Assembly: GCF_049585075.1 (NCBI RefSeq)
Contig: NZ_JBAUZA010000273.1
Span: forward strand, 1-63,057
Direction of reading: 5' to 3'
Source of the DNA: Mycobacterium sp.
Lineage (GTDB): Bacteria > Actinomycetota > Actinomycetes > Mycobacteriales > Mycobacteriaceae
DNA length: 63,057 bases
Within the stretch, counting starts at the first letter, position 1, and each line of letters starts with the position of its first letter. The translations under genes and the position numbers were made by a program. Of the stretch, positions 24,168-34,250 are shown piece by piece. The notes under the pieces were generated by a model. The model was not told the origin of the DNA and searched no databases. It was given only the letters and a program-made list of their open reading frames with translations.

Positions 24168-24762
24168 GGCCGTTAGCGCGGAGTCGATCCTCGACGCCGC
24201 TGCCCGACTGATCGAACTGCACGGCGTGGAGGCGTTCACAATGCGTGGCCTCGCCGAGGAACTCGGGGTCGCCGTCACCTCGATCTACTGGCATGTCGGC
24301 GGCCGAGACAAGCTCTTCGACAGCCTGGTCGACCGATTGCTCAGCGAGATGGCGCATCTGCCGGTCGAGGGTGACACCGCGGTCGAACGAATTGCGTCAC
24401 TTGCGCGTTCGCAACGGAGGGCGCTGATCGACCGGCAACACCTACTCGCCATTGCGCATGAACGAGACCGAACTCCGATGCTGTTCTTGCCGATTCAGCA
24501 GACACTGGCGGCGCAGCTGGCCGAATTGGACGTGACCGGAACCGATGCCGCCCTTGTCCTGCGCGCGGTGCAGGTTCACGTCATATCGTCTGCGCTGATG
24601 CAGTTCTCGGCCGTTCGAGGTGCCAAACACGAGGAGGAAGATCCCTCGCTGTGGGACGACGACTGGCCCGACCAAGCACTCGTCCAGGCGCTGCAGTCCC
24701 CCACCGACTATGACGCCGTCTTCGAATACGGGCTTAGCGCACTGCTGAGTAAATTGCCCTGA
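24160..24762 (+). CDS. TetR family regulator
   Basis: FTMRGLAEELGVAVTSIYWHV HTH. Confidence 0.9.
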   Translation: MAEAVSAESILDAAARLIELHGVEAFTMRGLAEELGVAVTSIYWHVGGRDKLFDSLVDRLLSEMAHLPVEGDTAVERIASLARSQRRALIDRQHLLAIAHERDRTPMLFLPIQQTLAAQLAELDVTGTDAALVLRAVQVHVISSALMQFSAVRGAKHEEEDPSLWDDDWPDQALVQALQSPTDYDAVFEYGLSALLSKLP

Positions 24763-24884
24763 GGGCGCGCTGCCTGGCGTCGCCAACAGCAGTCACACCA
24801 GCACCGGCACCCCAACCATGACATGGTGTTTGCAAACGAGGGCGTATGCGATATCAAACGGTGAAGACTCGGCGGACTGAAAAG

Positions 24885-25712
24885 CTATGCCAGTTGCGCG
24901 AACTCGGTCTGCAGCTCATCCAACCGTCGGAGTGTCTGATCGCGAGGTTCGGTCGGCAGTTCAACCAAAACGTGCTCGACCTTGAGGTCGCGGTAGCGCT
25001 GAAGGTCCTCGGCCTTGGGTTCGCCCATGTGCATGTTGATCACCGGCACGTCCTGGCCAGCGACCGCGCGCAGTTCCTCGAGCTGACCCGCCAGAGCATC
25101 CGCGGATGGGCTCATGGACAGCCAGCCGGCGCCCAGCCGGGCGATGCGTCGATAATTCGCTGAGCCTCCACCGATATACAGCGGCGGGTACGGCTGTGTC
25201 GCTGGCTTGGGCCAACTGTATATGGGGTCGAAGTTAACGAATTCGCCGTGGAATTCCGCCTTCTCGTGGGTCCAGATTTCGACCAGTGCGCGCAGTCGTT
25301 CGTCCGCCACCCGCCCGCGCACGCGGGGATCGACGCCGTGGTTGGCGATCTCTTCGCGCAGCCAACCGATTCCCACGCCGAACCGAAAACGTCCGTTGGA
25401 GATCAGATCAAGTGAGGTGACCTCTTTGGCGGTCAGGATCGGATCACGCTGTGAAACCAACGCAATGCCGGTGCCCAAAACAAGCTTCTGGGTCGCAACC
25501 GCCGCCGCCGTCAACGCAACAAACGGATCCAGCGTCCGGTAGTACTTGCGAGGAATCGGTCCGCCCATTGGGTAGGGCGTCTGCGCATCGACTGGGATGT
25601 GCGAGTGTTCGGCCAGAAATAGCGACTCAAACCCACGTTCCTCTAGCCCGACGCCCAGCTCCACGGGACCAATGCCCTCGTCGGTAACGAAAGTCAGCAC
25701 ACCGATACGCAC
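24885..25712 (-). CDS. LLM-class F420-dependent oxidoreductase
   Basis: AEHSHIP, LDPFVAL, RDPILTAKEV..LD..SNGRF, WPKP. Confidence 0.9.
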   Translation of the reverse strand: MRIGVLTFVTDEGIGPVELGVGLEERGFESLFLAEHSHIPVDAQTPYPMGGPIPRKYYRTLDPFVALTAAAVATQKLVLGTGIALVSQRDPILTAKEVTSLDLISNGRFRFGVGIGWLREEIANHGVDPRVRGRVADERLRALVEIWTHEKAEFHGEFVNFDPIYSWPKPATQPYPPLYIGGGSANYRRIARLGAGWLSMSPSADALAGQLEELRAVAGQDVPVINMHMGEPKAEDLQRYRDLKVEHVLVELPTEPRDQTLRRLDELQTEFAQLA

Positions 25713-25757
25713 ATTTGCTCCCATCGAGATTCCCGGTACACGCTGCGGACGACTACC

Positions 25758-26159
25758 TCAACCGTGATCTTCGGGTTCTTGTTCCGCCCCTGTGGTCCGG
25801 CGCACCGCGCCCCAGAGCCCCACGCCGATGCCGAGGGCGGCACCACCCAGGCCGATTAGCTGTTGTGAGCGCTTCAGTTGGCGATGGACACTCGCCCCGC
25901 CGAGTAAGTCTGAGGCGTCGGCGCCGGCGGACGCGAGAAACCACCCTCGGGTGTTTTTGCCTCGCAGCGCTGCTGCCGCGAGCATGCCACCGATCAAGGC
26001 GTCGCGGTAGCCCATGGACCGCAACAGCAATTGCGCCGTCGGCGTCGGCTCGTCGCGATCACCCCATAACCGGTTCGCACGAAGCGGATCTACGAGAAAC
26101 GAGATGCCCGAGGCAAGTCGGATGGTGCCGGCGGCAAGCCCAAAACGGTCGATAGCCAT
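25758..26159 (-). CDS. Small membrane protein (DUF4267-like)
   Basis: Four hydrophobic segments, GYRDALIG, ADASD. Confidence 0.65.
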   Translation of the reverse strand: MAIDRFGLAAGTIRLASGISFLVDPLRANRLWGDRDEPTPTAQLLLRSMGYRDALIGGMLAAAALRGKNTRGWFLASAGADASDLLGGASVHRQLKRSQQLIGLGGAALGIGVGLWGAVRRTTGAEQEPEDHG

Positions 26160-26276
26160 GGCCCGCAGCTTACGACTAATCGCCCAATTCCGATGTCGCG
26201 TCCGCCTGCCATCGTTACTCTCGAACGACGCCAGCGAGACGTTGCGCAGTCGGCAGAAGGGTTGGTTTGGCACGAT

Positions 26277-26966
26277 ATGCCGGATCCCGACACCGCGATG
26301 GCCTCCGCAGACCCCCCACCAAGATTCGAACCCGATGAACGCTGGGTGCCCGCCGACGAGCGATGGTTTGGGCTGGATCGGCGCACCGTCCGCCCGACGT
26401 TGGCGGTGTTCGCGTTGGCCTTCGCGATGTCGCTGGTGTTGCCCGTCGTCAACGCCACAGTGCCCTACCACGACATCGTCAAAGCGGGCGATGTTTTGGA
26501 GCTCGAAGGCAAGGTGACCTTCGTTCCGGCGGCCGGCTGGGGCATCACCTCCGGTCTGCGAGCCGGGCACACCCCGTTGTCCGGTGAGTACCCGGCGAGC
26601 GCGACCGTCGAGGACGGGGCCATGAAATTCACGGTCCGAACCGGACTATTCCGCGGAGACGCCAACCAGCTGCTCGACCAAATCGAGACAACGTCCGAGG
26701 CTCTAAACCGCGGTCGCGGTGTTCACGTGACCGGCGCGCCGACCACCGTCGTCACCAATCAGGGCAAGCAGGGCGCCCGAGTCGGGGTCACCGGACCGCA
26801 CACCGTCGGCGTCATCGCCGCGTTCGTATTCGGCGGACGCGGTGTTGAAGCCGTGGCGACCGGACCGTCGGATGTCGGCGCGCAACCCACGGCCACGGTT
26901 TTGCGGATGATCGGCAGCATCAGTCAGATCGGAGAGGGAAGCGGTGACAACAACCACGCTTTCTGA
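26277..26966 (+). CDS. Membrane-anchored hypothetical protein
   Basis: Single TM then extracytoplasmic domain; overlaps the PrsW gene. Confidence 0.7.
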   Translation: MPDPDTAMASADPPPRFEPDERWVPADERWFGLDRRTVRPTLAVFALAFAMSLVLPVVNATVPYHDIVKAGDVLELEGKVTFVPAAGWGITSGLRAGHTPLSGEYPASATVEDGAMKFTVRTGLFRGDANQLLDQIETTSEALNRGRGVHVTGAPTTVVTNQGKQGARVGVTGPHTVGVIAAFVFGGRGVEAVATGPSDVGAQPTATVLRMIGSISQIGEGSGDNNHAF

Positions 26967-28128
26967 ACTTGATCATGCACGCGATGTAGCGCTCGACCGC
27001 TCCGGGTGGGGCAGGCGGTTCGTCTTCTACCAGCCACGCAACTTGGCCTTCTGGGGATATCTGCTGCTGGTCGGGATCGGGTTTTTGGTCTTCATCTCCA
27101 CGCTCGCCCTCGAGTACGACGCTTACGGCGAGGCGATCGGGCTGGCGGTGACGTCATTCGCGATCTACGCGGCGCTGTTCTGGTGGTTCACCCAGCACAT
27201 CGACCACTACGCCAAACTGCCCGCCAAACTCATGGTCGTCGCGTTTTTGTGGGGCGGCTTCGCCGCGACCGGTGCGATGGCGGCAAACGCCAACGACGCG
27301 ATACTCGCCTTGTACGGCAAGACCTTTGGTCAGGTGTGGGCGCTGAATTGGGGTCCGGGGCTGGCCGCACCGTTCACCGAAGAGTGGGCGAAAGGTTCGG
27401 GTCTGCTGCTGCTCATCGCGTTGGCGCCACGGCAAATAAGAACTGCGTTCGACGGGTTCATCCTGGGCGCGTTCATCGGTCTGGGATTCCAGATCGTCGA
27501 GGACATCACCTATGCGATGACCTCGGCCGGCACCCAGTTCGGCGCGAATCAAGTTGGCGCGTCGATAGGCACGATCGTTCTTCGCATGGTCAGTGGCGTT
27601 GCCGCGCACATTCTTTACAGCGCGATCTTCGGCGCCGGTGTGGTTTATCTGCTCGGCCGACCCGCCGAACCACGCAAAGTCGGGCGGGGTTTGCTTCTGA
27701 TCGCGATACCGATGCTGCTGCACGGGACATGGGACTCGCTGGGCGCCGTCGCCGGGCCCAGCGGACTGAAGCTGATCGGGCTGCTCATCGCGGTGATCGT
27801 TATAGCGCTCGTAATCCTTGCGCGGGTTTACAAGTTGACCGTGAAACGAGAACAGGGCTTCGTGCGCGACGTCATGGCCCCAGAGCAGGCCCGCGACGTC
27901 ATCACGACGGCTGAACTCGACGCGATGACCGGTAACCGTAAGGCCCGCAAGGCTTATCGCAAAGCCAGCCGTACGCGCCGCGAGCGCAAGCGTGCGCGCT
28001 ACGTGCTCAATGCTGCGTATGCCCTTGCAGCGGAGTTGGCTGCCGCGCGCGGTGCCGACACCGACCGGGTGCGCTTCGCCCGCTCGGAAGTCGCCAGAAT
28101 TCGCGCGGGCACCCCCTCACAATGGTGA
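26944..28128 (+). CDS. PrsW family intramembrane metalloprotease
   Basis: APFTEEWAK, GLGFQIVED, H and HGTWD motifs. Confidence 0.88.
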   Translation: MTTTTLSELDHARDVALDRSGWGRRFVFYQPRNLAFWGYLLLVGIGFLVFISTLALEYDAYGEAIGLAVTSFAIYAALFWWFTQHIDHYAKLPAKLMVVAFLWGGFAATGAMAANANDAILALYGKTFGQVWALNWGPGLAAPFTEEWAKGSGLLLLIALAPRQIRTAFDGFILGAFIGLGFQIVEDITYAMTSAGTQFGANQVGASIGTIVLRMVSGVAAHILYSAIFGAGVVYLLGRPAEPRKVGRGLLLIAIPMLLHGTWDSLGAVAGPSGLKLIGLLIAVIVIALVILARVYKLTVKREQGFVRDVMAPEQARDVITTAELDAMTGNRKARKAYRKASRTRRERKRARYVLNAAYALAAELAAARGADTDRVRFARSEVARIRAGTPSQW

Positions 28129-28152
28129 GTTAGCGGCGCACAACGCGCCATC

Positions 28153-28764
28153 TCAACGCGGCTCAAGTTCACGGTGCAGGTTGGCCTCGTGCGCCGCGGT
28201 CAACCAGTACACAGTCCGCTCGATTCCGGGGACAATCTCGGTCACGTCGATTTCTCCCTCGGTGAACCGCCCAAGGAATCCGAAAATGACACCGGTGAGT
28301 ATGAGTTCGAAATCTTGCGCGAACTCTGAATCAACTTGTGCCAGCCCGGCTCGAGCGACTGGAAGCACGGCTTCGAGGCCGCGCTGGATGAGACGCTGTC
28401 CACCTGGTCCTGATCGTGCCCGGAAATAGGAGCGCAACATCAATGGGTGTTGTTCCCACGGTTCGAAGATCGTCCGGAACATGTCCATCAGGTTTGAGTA
28501 GACGGACGAATCCGGCGTGAAGACCGCTGGCGCTGCGAGTCCCGCGTACCGGTTGGCCTCCATCCACCACTCCAGGGCAGCGACGATGAGTTCGTCACGG
28601 GTCGCATAGCGCTTGTAGATCGTGGCGAGGGATACGCGCGCCCGCCTCGCAACTTCGCGAAGCTGGACGGCTTCATAACCCTCGGTGTCGAGCAGGTCGA
28701 CCACGATCTCGATGATCGGGTCCACTCGGTCCTCGCCACCCCCTTCTGCCATCACGGTAACCAT
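28153..28764 (-). CDS. TetR family regulator
   Basis: GYEAVQLREVARRARVSLATIYKRY HTH. Confidence 0.9.
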   Translation of the reverse strand: MVTVMAEGGGEDRVDPIIEIVVDLLDTEGYEAVQLREVARRARVSLATIYKRYATRDELIVAALEWWMEANRYAGLAAPAVFTPDSSVYSNLMDMFRTIFEPWEQHPLMLRSYFRARSGPGGQRLIQRGLEAVLPVARAGLAQVDSEFAQDFELILTGVIFGFLGRFTEGEIDVTEIVPGIERTVYWLTAAHEANLHRELEPR

Positions 28765-28794
28765 GTTACTGTAGCAGCTTAGTAACCACGTTAC
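28757..28794. promoter_or_regulatory. Tandem TetR operators GTAAC-CAY-GTTAC
   Basis: Copies at 28757-28769 and 28782-28794 between the divergent tetR and SDR genes. Confidence 0.7.
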
Positions 28795-28838
28795 TGGGCT
28801 TCTATCTGCGTTTAGGGCATAAACAAGAGTGAGGAAAT

Positions 28839-29669
28839 GTGGGCAAGCTCGACGGCAAAGTCGCCTTTATCTCCGGGGTTGCCCGTGGTCAGGGACGCAG
28901 TCACGCGATCCGGCTAGCCCGGGAAGGCGCGGACATTATCGGCATTGACATCTGCGCCGACATCACGGCCAACCACTATCCGATGGCATCGCGCGAAGAA
29001 CTCGACGAAACGATCGGCCTGGTTGAGCAGGTCGGCGGCAAGATGCTGGGCAGCATCGCGGACGTACGCGAGTTCCCCCAGATCAAATCGGCGATGGACG
29101 CCGGGGTCGAGCATTTCGGACGCCTCGACATTGTGCTCGCCAACGCCGGGATTGCTCCCGTGGCGTTCCGTGAATTGAGCATCGAAGAGGAGCTGGACCA
29201 GTGGCACGCGGCAATAGGCGTCAACCTTGATGGCGCGTATCACGTTGCATGGGCTGCGATTCCGCATCTGCTCGCCGGCAACCGCGGTGGGTCGATCGTG
29301 TTCACCAGCTCAACAGCAGGGCTGAGAGGGTTCGGCGGCATGCAGGGCGGCGGCCTCGGGTACGCAGCGTCCAAACATGGCATCGTCGGATTGATGCGAA
29401 CACTTGCCAATGCGCTTGCCCCGGTGAATATTCGAGTCAACACGGTACATCCGACAGCGGTCAACACGATGATGGCGGTCAATCCCGCCATGACCGCGTT
29501 CCTGGAAAACTATCCCGGCGGCGGCCCGCACCTGCAAAACCCGCTACCCGTCGAGCTGCTCGAACCCGAAGACATCAGCGCCGCCATCGCGTACCTCGTC
29601 TCAGATGAGGGCAGATACGTGACCGGCGTGACATTCCCCGTCGACGCCGGCTTCTGCAACAAGTTGTGA
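28839..29669 (+). CDS. Mycofactocin-coupled SDR oxidoreductase
   Basis: GVARGQGRSHAIRLAREGADIIGIDIC insertion, YAASK, NTVHPTAVNTMM. Confidence 0.85.
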   Translation: MGKLDGKVAFISGVARGQGRSHAIRLAREGADIIGIDICADITANHYPMASREELDETIGLVEQVGGKMLGSIADVREFPQIKSAMDAGVEHFGRLDIVLANAGIAPVAFRELSIEEELDQWHAAIGVNLDGAYHVAWAAIPHLLAGNRGGSIVFTSSTAGLRGFGGMQGGGLGYAASKHGIVGLMRTLANALAPVNIRVNTVHPTAVNTMMAVNPAMTAFLENYPGGGPHLQNPLPVELLEPEDISAAIAYLVSDEGRYVTGVTFPVDAGFCNKL

Positions 29670-29675
29670 ACCACT

Positions 29676-30491
29676 ATGGGAACTAGCAACTCGTCAGGCC
29701 GCGTGCAGGGCAAGCGCATTCTGATCACCGGCGCTGCCCGCGGAATGGGACGAAGTCACGCTGTGCGGCTGGCGGAGGAAGGCGCCGACCTCATCCTGGT
29801 GGACATCTGCGCGCCGATCCCCGGTCTGGACTATCCGTTGTCGACGGAAGCTGACTTGGCGGAGACCGCGAGGTTAGTCCGCGAACATCAACGCACCGCC
29901 TTGACACACGTCGCCGATGTTCGCGATGCCGAGACGATGAAAGCCGTAGTCGACGAGGCAGTCTCCGAGTTGGGCGGCCTGGACGCCGCCGTTGCGAACG
30001 CCGGAGTCTTGACGGTCGGTACGTGGGACGCCACGACGACCGAACAGTGGCGCTTGGTTCTCGATGTCAACTTGATCGGTGCGTGGAACACCTGTGCCGC
30101 CGCGATCCCGCATCTGGTTGAGCGCGGCGGCAGCCTTGTCAACATCAGTTCGTCGGCGGGGATCAAAGGCACACCGCTTCACGTGCCCTATACCGCATCG
30201 AAACACGGGATTGTGGGCATGACTTTGGCTCTGGCCAATGAGCTTGCGGCACAGAATATTCGGGTGAACACCGTTCATCCAACGGGAGTCGCCACAGGTA
30301 TGGCCCCACCGTCCATGCACGACCAAATCGCCGGGCGGCCAGACCTTGTCCCAATTTTCCTCAACGCGCTGCCAGCGCCGCTGATCGAGCCGTCGGATGT
30401 GAGTAACGCAGTGTTGTTCTTGGTTTCGGATGAATCGCGGTATGTCACCGGGCTCGAGTTCAAGGTCGACGCCGGCGTGACGATCAGGTAG
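29676..30491 (+). CDS. Mycofactocin-coupled SDR oxidoreductase
   Basis: GAARGMGRSHAVRLAEEGADLILVDIC, YTASKHG. Confidence 0.85.
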   Translation: MGTSNSSGRVQGKRILITGAARGMGRSHAVRLAEEGADLILVDICAPIPGLDYPLSTEADLAETARLVREHQRTALTHVADVRDAETMKAVVDEAVSELGGLDAAVANAGVLTVGTWDATTTEQWRLVLDVNLIGAWNTCAAAIPHLVERGGSLVNISSSAGIKGTPLHVPYTASKHGIVGMTLALANELAAQNIRVNTVHPTGVATGMAPPSMHDQIAGRPDLVPIFLNALPAPLIEPSDVSNAVLFLVSDESRYVTGLEFKVDAGVTIR

Positions 30492-30500
30492 GGAGCCACG

Positions 30501-31298
30501 ATGACCACCACGCGCCGGGAGCGCGGCCTTCGCCAGTACACGGAGGTAATGACGACCGCCGCTCCCGCCGATCCGAGCCCGGTGTTCGCAGCAGGGTTGA
30601 TCGACTTCGTCTTCGCAGAAATTTGGTCACGGCCGACGCTGAGCCGTCGCGATCGAAGGTTCGTGACGCTGGCGTGCGTCGCCGCCGCCGACGCCATGCA
30701 ACCGTTGGAACAACACGTGTACGCGGCGCTGAACAGCGGCGACATCACCATCGCTGAGATGAGGGAAACCGTACTGCATTTCGCTGTCTATGCGGGCTGG
30801 CCGAAGGCATCGCGGTTCAACATCGTTGTCGATCAACAGTGGGCCGCCATCATGGCCGAACGCGGTGAGGAATCTCCGCCACCCGAACCGCTTCTGCCCC
30901 TCGTCACCCAGAGCGACCCGGAGCAACGACTGCGTGGTGGCGAGCAGTCCTTCAAGGACATCAACTGTCTTCCCTTCGCGCCGCCACGAGACAATCCGTA
31001 CTCGGGCGCGGGCATCCTGAATTTCGTGTTCGGTGAGATGTGGCTGCGCCCCGGGCTCGGGATCAAGGAACGACGGCTGATTACGGTGGCGTGCGTTGCG
31101 TTCCAGGACGCGGAGATTCCGGTTATCTCGCACGTCTACGCGGCGCTGAAGAGCGGCGATGTCCCGTTCGACGAGATGGATGAACTGGCACTGCAATTCG
31201 CTGCGTACTACGGCTGCGCGAAGGCGGACTACCTCAACCAAGTGATCGGCGAGCAGAAGCGACGCGTGTCGGCCGAGAACCAGGTCGACGCGCGGTGA
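30501..31298 (+). CDS. Carboxymuconolactone decarboxylase family protein (two domains)
   Basis: Duplicated FVFxEIW.RP.L..R.RR..T.AC and HVYAAL motifs. Confidence 0.85.
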   Translation: MTTTRRERGLRQYTEVMTTAAPADPSPVFAAGLIDFVFAEIWSRPTLSRRDRRFVTLACVAAADAMQPLEQHVYAALNSGDITIAEMRETVLHFAVYAGWPKASRFNIVVDQQWAAIMAERGEESPPPEPLLPLVTQSDPEQRLRGGEQSFKDINCLPFAPPRDNPYSGAGILNFVFGEMWLRPGLGIKERRLITVACVAFQDAEIPVISHVYAALKSGDVPFDEMDELALQFAAYYGCAKADYLNQVIGEQKRRVSAENQVDAR

Positions 31299-32758
31299 CG
31301 ACGACGCCTGCTACTCCCCTGCACTCTGGTGCACTGCTCATCGGAGGCGAACGGGTCATCGCGGCATCAGGCGGAACGTATGACCACATGTATCCCGCCA
31401 GCGGCCTGTGCAATGCCACGATTCCGCTGGCCGGTGGATCGGAGGTTGATCGCGCTGTCGAAAGCGCTTGGGAGGCGCAGCGACAATGGCTCTCGTACCC
31501 GGTTGACCGACGCCGTGATCTCCTGCTTGACCTAGCCGATGTGGTCCGCGACCACTTCGCCGAGCTTGCCGAGTTGAACGTCCACGACTACGGCGTCCCG
31601 ATCGCTATGGCCGGCAACTCATTTCTGACTGAACGATTCATCCGCTACTACGCCGGTTACGCAGACAAAGCGCACGGCACCAGTACCCCGGTCAGCGGCG
31701 CATTCGACGTCAACATCGTCGAACGTGAGCCCTATGGCGTCGTTGGCGTCATCGCGCCCTGGAACGGGCCGCTCGTGGTCATCGGTTCAGCGGTAGTGCC
31801 CGCTCTTGCTGCGGGAAATGCGGTCATTATCAAGCCGTCGGAGCTTGCGGCATTAGCCCCGTTGCGATTTGGTGAGCTTTGCCTCGAAGCCGGTCTGCCG
31901 GCCGGGTTGGTTAACGTATTGCCTGGCGGGCCGGAAGGCGGTGATGCCATGGTCCGCCATCCACGAATCCGCAAGATCCACTTCACCGGCGGCCAATCGA
32001 CAGCACAGAAAGTGCTGCGGGCAGCCTCCCATAATCTGACCCCTGTCACCGCCGAACTCGGCGGCAAATCTGCCTATCTGGTCTTCGCTGACGCCGACAT
32101 CGATCAGGCTGCCTCCCTAGCGGCTTTTCAGGGACCGATCACCCAAGCGGGCCAAAGCTGTGCTTGCGCTGCCAGGCTCTTGGTCGAGGAATCCGTCTAT
32201 GACAACTTCGTCGAGAAGTTGGTGGCAGCCGTCCAGGCCGCGAAGATCGGTGATCCGCTTCGGCCTGACGTCATGCTCGGACCCGTCATCACCGAAGCGG
32301 CCGCCAACCGCATACTGAGCGTTGTCGACGAGACGGTTAGCACGAATGCTGGCGAATTGGTCACTGGTGGAACGCGACTGGGCGGTGACCTTGCCGACGG
32401 CTACTTCATCGAACCAACCGTCTTTGCCAATGTGGACAACCGCTCGGCACTTGCTCAAACCGAGACGTTTGGACCGGTGGTGTCCGTCATTCCCTTCGCC
32501 GACGAATCCGAGGCCGTCGACGTCGCGAACGACACCCGGTACGGACTCAATGCCTTCCTCTGGACAACCAACCTAGAGCGAGCGCACCGGGTTGCGCGGC
32601 AACTCGATGCAGGTTCGGTGTGGATCAACAGGCACAGCGACATCGAGCCACAAAGCCCGTACGGGGGCTACAAACAAAGCGGCTACGGCCGCACCGGCGG
32701 GATCGAAGGATTCCATGATTTCTTGCAAATCAAGAACATCCGCATCGGCATGGGATAA
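31295..32758 (+). CDS. Aldehyde dehydrogenase
   Basis: PWN, KPSE, ELGGKS, GQSC, ETFGPV. Confidence 0.93.
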   Translation: MTTTPATPLHSGALLIGGERVIAASGGTYDHMYPASGLCNATIPLAGGSEVDRAVESAWEAQRQWLSYPVDRRRDLLLDLADVVRDHFAELAELNVHDYGVPIAMAGNSFLTERFIRYYAGYADKAHGTSTPVSGAFDVNIVEREPYGVVGVIAPWNGPLVVIGSAVVPALAAGNAVIIKPSELAALAPLRFGELCLEAGLPAGLVNVLPGGPEGGDAMVRHPRIRKIHFTGGQSTAQKVLRAASHNLTPVTAELGGKSAYLVFADADIDQAASLAAFQGPITQAGQSCACAARLLVEESVYDNFVEKLVAAVQAAKIGDPLRPDVMLGPVITEAAANRILSVVDETVSTNAGELVTGGTRLGGDLADGYFIEPTVFANVDNRSALAQTETFGPVVSVIPFADESEAVDVANDTRYGLNAFLWTTNLERAHRVARQLDAGSVWINRHSDIEPQSPYGGYKQSGYGRTGGIEGFHDFLQIKNIRIGMG

Positions 32759-32765
32759 CACTCCG

Positions 32766-34250
32766 TTAAGGCGGCCTACCGAGTCCAGCGATGAAGCGTT
32801 GCACGCTTCGTGTCAGCGAGCGGGGAACATGGTCGGGATCCATCAAGTCGTGCTCGGCCAGCGGTCCTGCTTCATCGGCCACGGTCTCCTCGGTGAACAG
32901 CCGCAATGTCCGGCCGTCTCCTCGAAGCGCTTCGATCGTCTTCAGTAACGACCGGCCTCCAGACATCGCCTTCTCAAACTCGCCGATAGGTACGCCGAGG
33001 TGTTCCGACACCAATTCATCTCGCACACAGGTGATCTGGCGACGCACACCGTCATAGTCCGAGTTGTTGGAGTCCGCCTCGATGGCCAAATCGCACTCGC
33101 TGTCGAACCCCATCGAACGGTTGTTGAGATTTGAAGAGCCGATACGCAGCAGCCGGTCGTCGACCACCACTACCTTCGAGTGAACGTAGATCGGTGTGCC
33201 GCCGTCAGTCGCCGGCCAGTAGATGCCCAAACGGTGATGCTCGTCCGCCTCCCACAGCACATGAATGAGCCGGTGGCGTGCGCTGTCCATCGTTCCCCGC
33301 TCGAGAGGGTTGTTGCCCCTACGGGCAATGACGATGACGATCTCTGGGCCGTCGGCTTCATTCAGTCGAGCAGCCAGCGCATCGACAATGGTTCGGGCCG
33401 CCAGATACTGGTTCTCTAGATAGATGGTGTGGCGAGCCGCCGCAATCGCGGCAAGGTTGAGCGCCTCCACCTCCCGAACCTCGCGGCGACTGTCCAGTTC
33501 CGGCAAAGTTCGCGCGATTCCGACGTCGACGTTGCGCAGCGTCGGTCTCAGCTTGCTCGGCCAAGCGGTGTGCTTAGCCTCAACCGGCTCTAACGATTGG
33601 CCCGTCGCGGTATGCCACCGAGCCAGAGCTTGCTCGCCAAGTGCGCGCGCGGCCGCGCCGTCCACCGCTGTCCCGACGTCATGGCGAGGCCCGTAGCTGC
33701 GTCCCACTGTCCGGCGCCTGCGACTGTCATGCCCGTGCGCACGGGTGTCCCACCGATCGATGGTGAGATCGATGCCTCCGCAGAACGCCACTGCATCGTC
33801 GATCACCAGGATCTTCTGATGGTGGACCGAACCAATCGGGTGGGCGCCGTCGACGGCGAAATGCATTCGCCTGCTACTGATCTGGTTCATAACCGCCACC
33901 GGGGTCAGCCCGAACCAGATCCCGTCGAAAGCGGGCAACAGACGCAGGTTGGATTTCAGCAGATAGGCCTCAAGAGCCGGCCGCTTCCAAAGCATCCAAT
34001 ACAAGAACGCGCTTAGCTGATTCGGTCCGGGAAGTGTCTTGGTACCCCTTTCGAATGTCATCCGCGCGTCGAAATCCCAACCGATCAGCATGATTCGGTG
34101 TTGTGCGCGCAGCATCGCCGCCTTAACGTGCTTGAAGTAATCAGCGGCATCGATGATGCAGGCGAACTGGTCGGCGCGCTCAACCCGCCAGCACGTTTCG
34201 CCGGGGGTCAGCAGTCGATCGTCATCCACGCTAGCCGTCTCCATTGTCAC
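32766..34250 (-). CDS. Phospholipase D family protein
   Basis: Two HKD motifs: HHQKILVIDD and VHSKVVVVDD. Confidence 0.9.
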   Translation of the reverse strand: MTMETASVDDDRLLTPGETCWRVERADQFACIIDAADYFKHVKAAMLRAQHRIMLIGWDFDARMTFERGTKTLPGPNQLSAFLYWMLWKRPALEAYLLKSNLRLLPAFDGIWFGLTPVAVMNQISSRRMHFAVDGAHPIGSVHHQKILVIDDAVAFCGGIDLTIDRWDTRAHGHDSRRRRTVGRSYGPRHDVGTAVDGAAARALGEQALARWHTATGQSLEPVEAKHTAWPSKLRPTLRNVDVGIARTLPELDSRREVREVEALNLAAIAAARHTIYLENQYLAARTIVDALAARLNEADGPEIVIVIARRGNNPLERGTMDSARHRLIHVLWEADEHHRLGIYWPATDGGTPIYVHSKVVVVDDRLLRIGSSNLNNRSMGFDSECDLAIEADSNNSDYDGVRRQITCVRDELVSEHLGVPIGEFEKAMSGGRSLLKTIEALRGDGRTLRLFTEETVADEAGPLAEHDLMDPDHVPRSLTRSVQRFIAGLGRPP

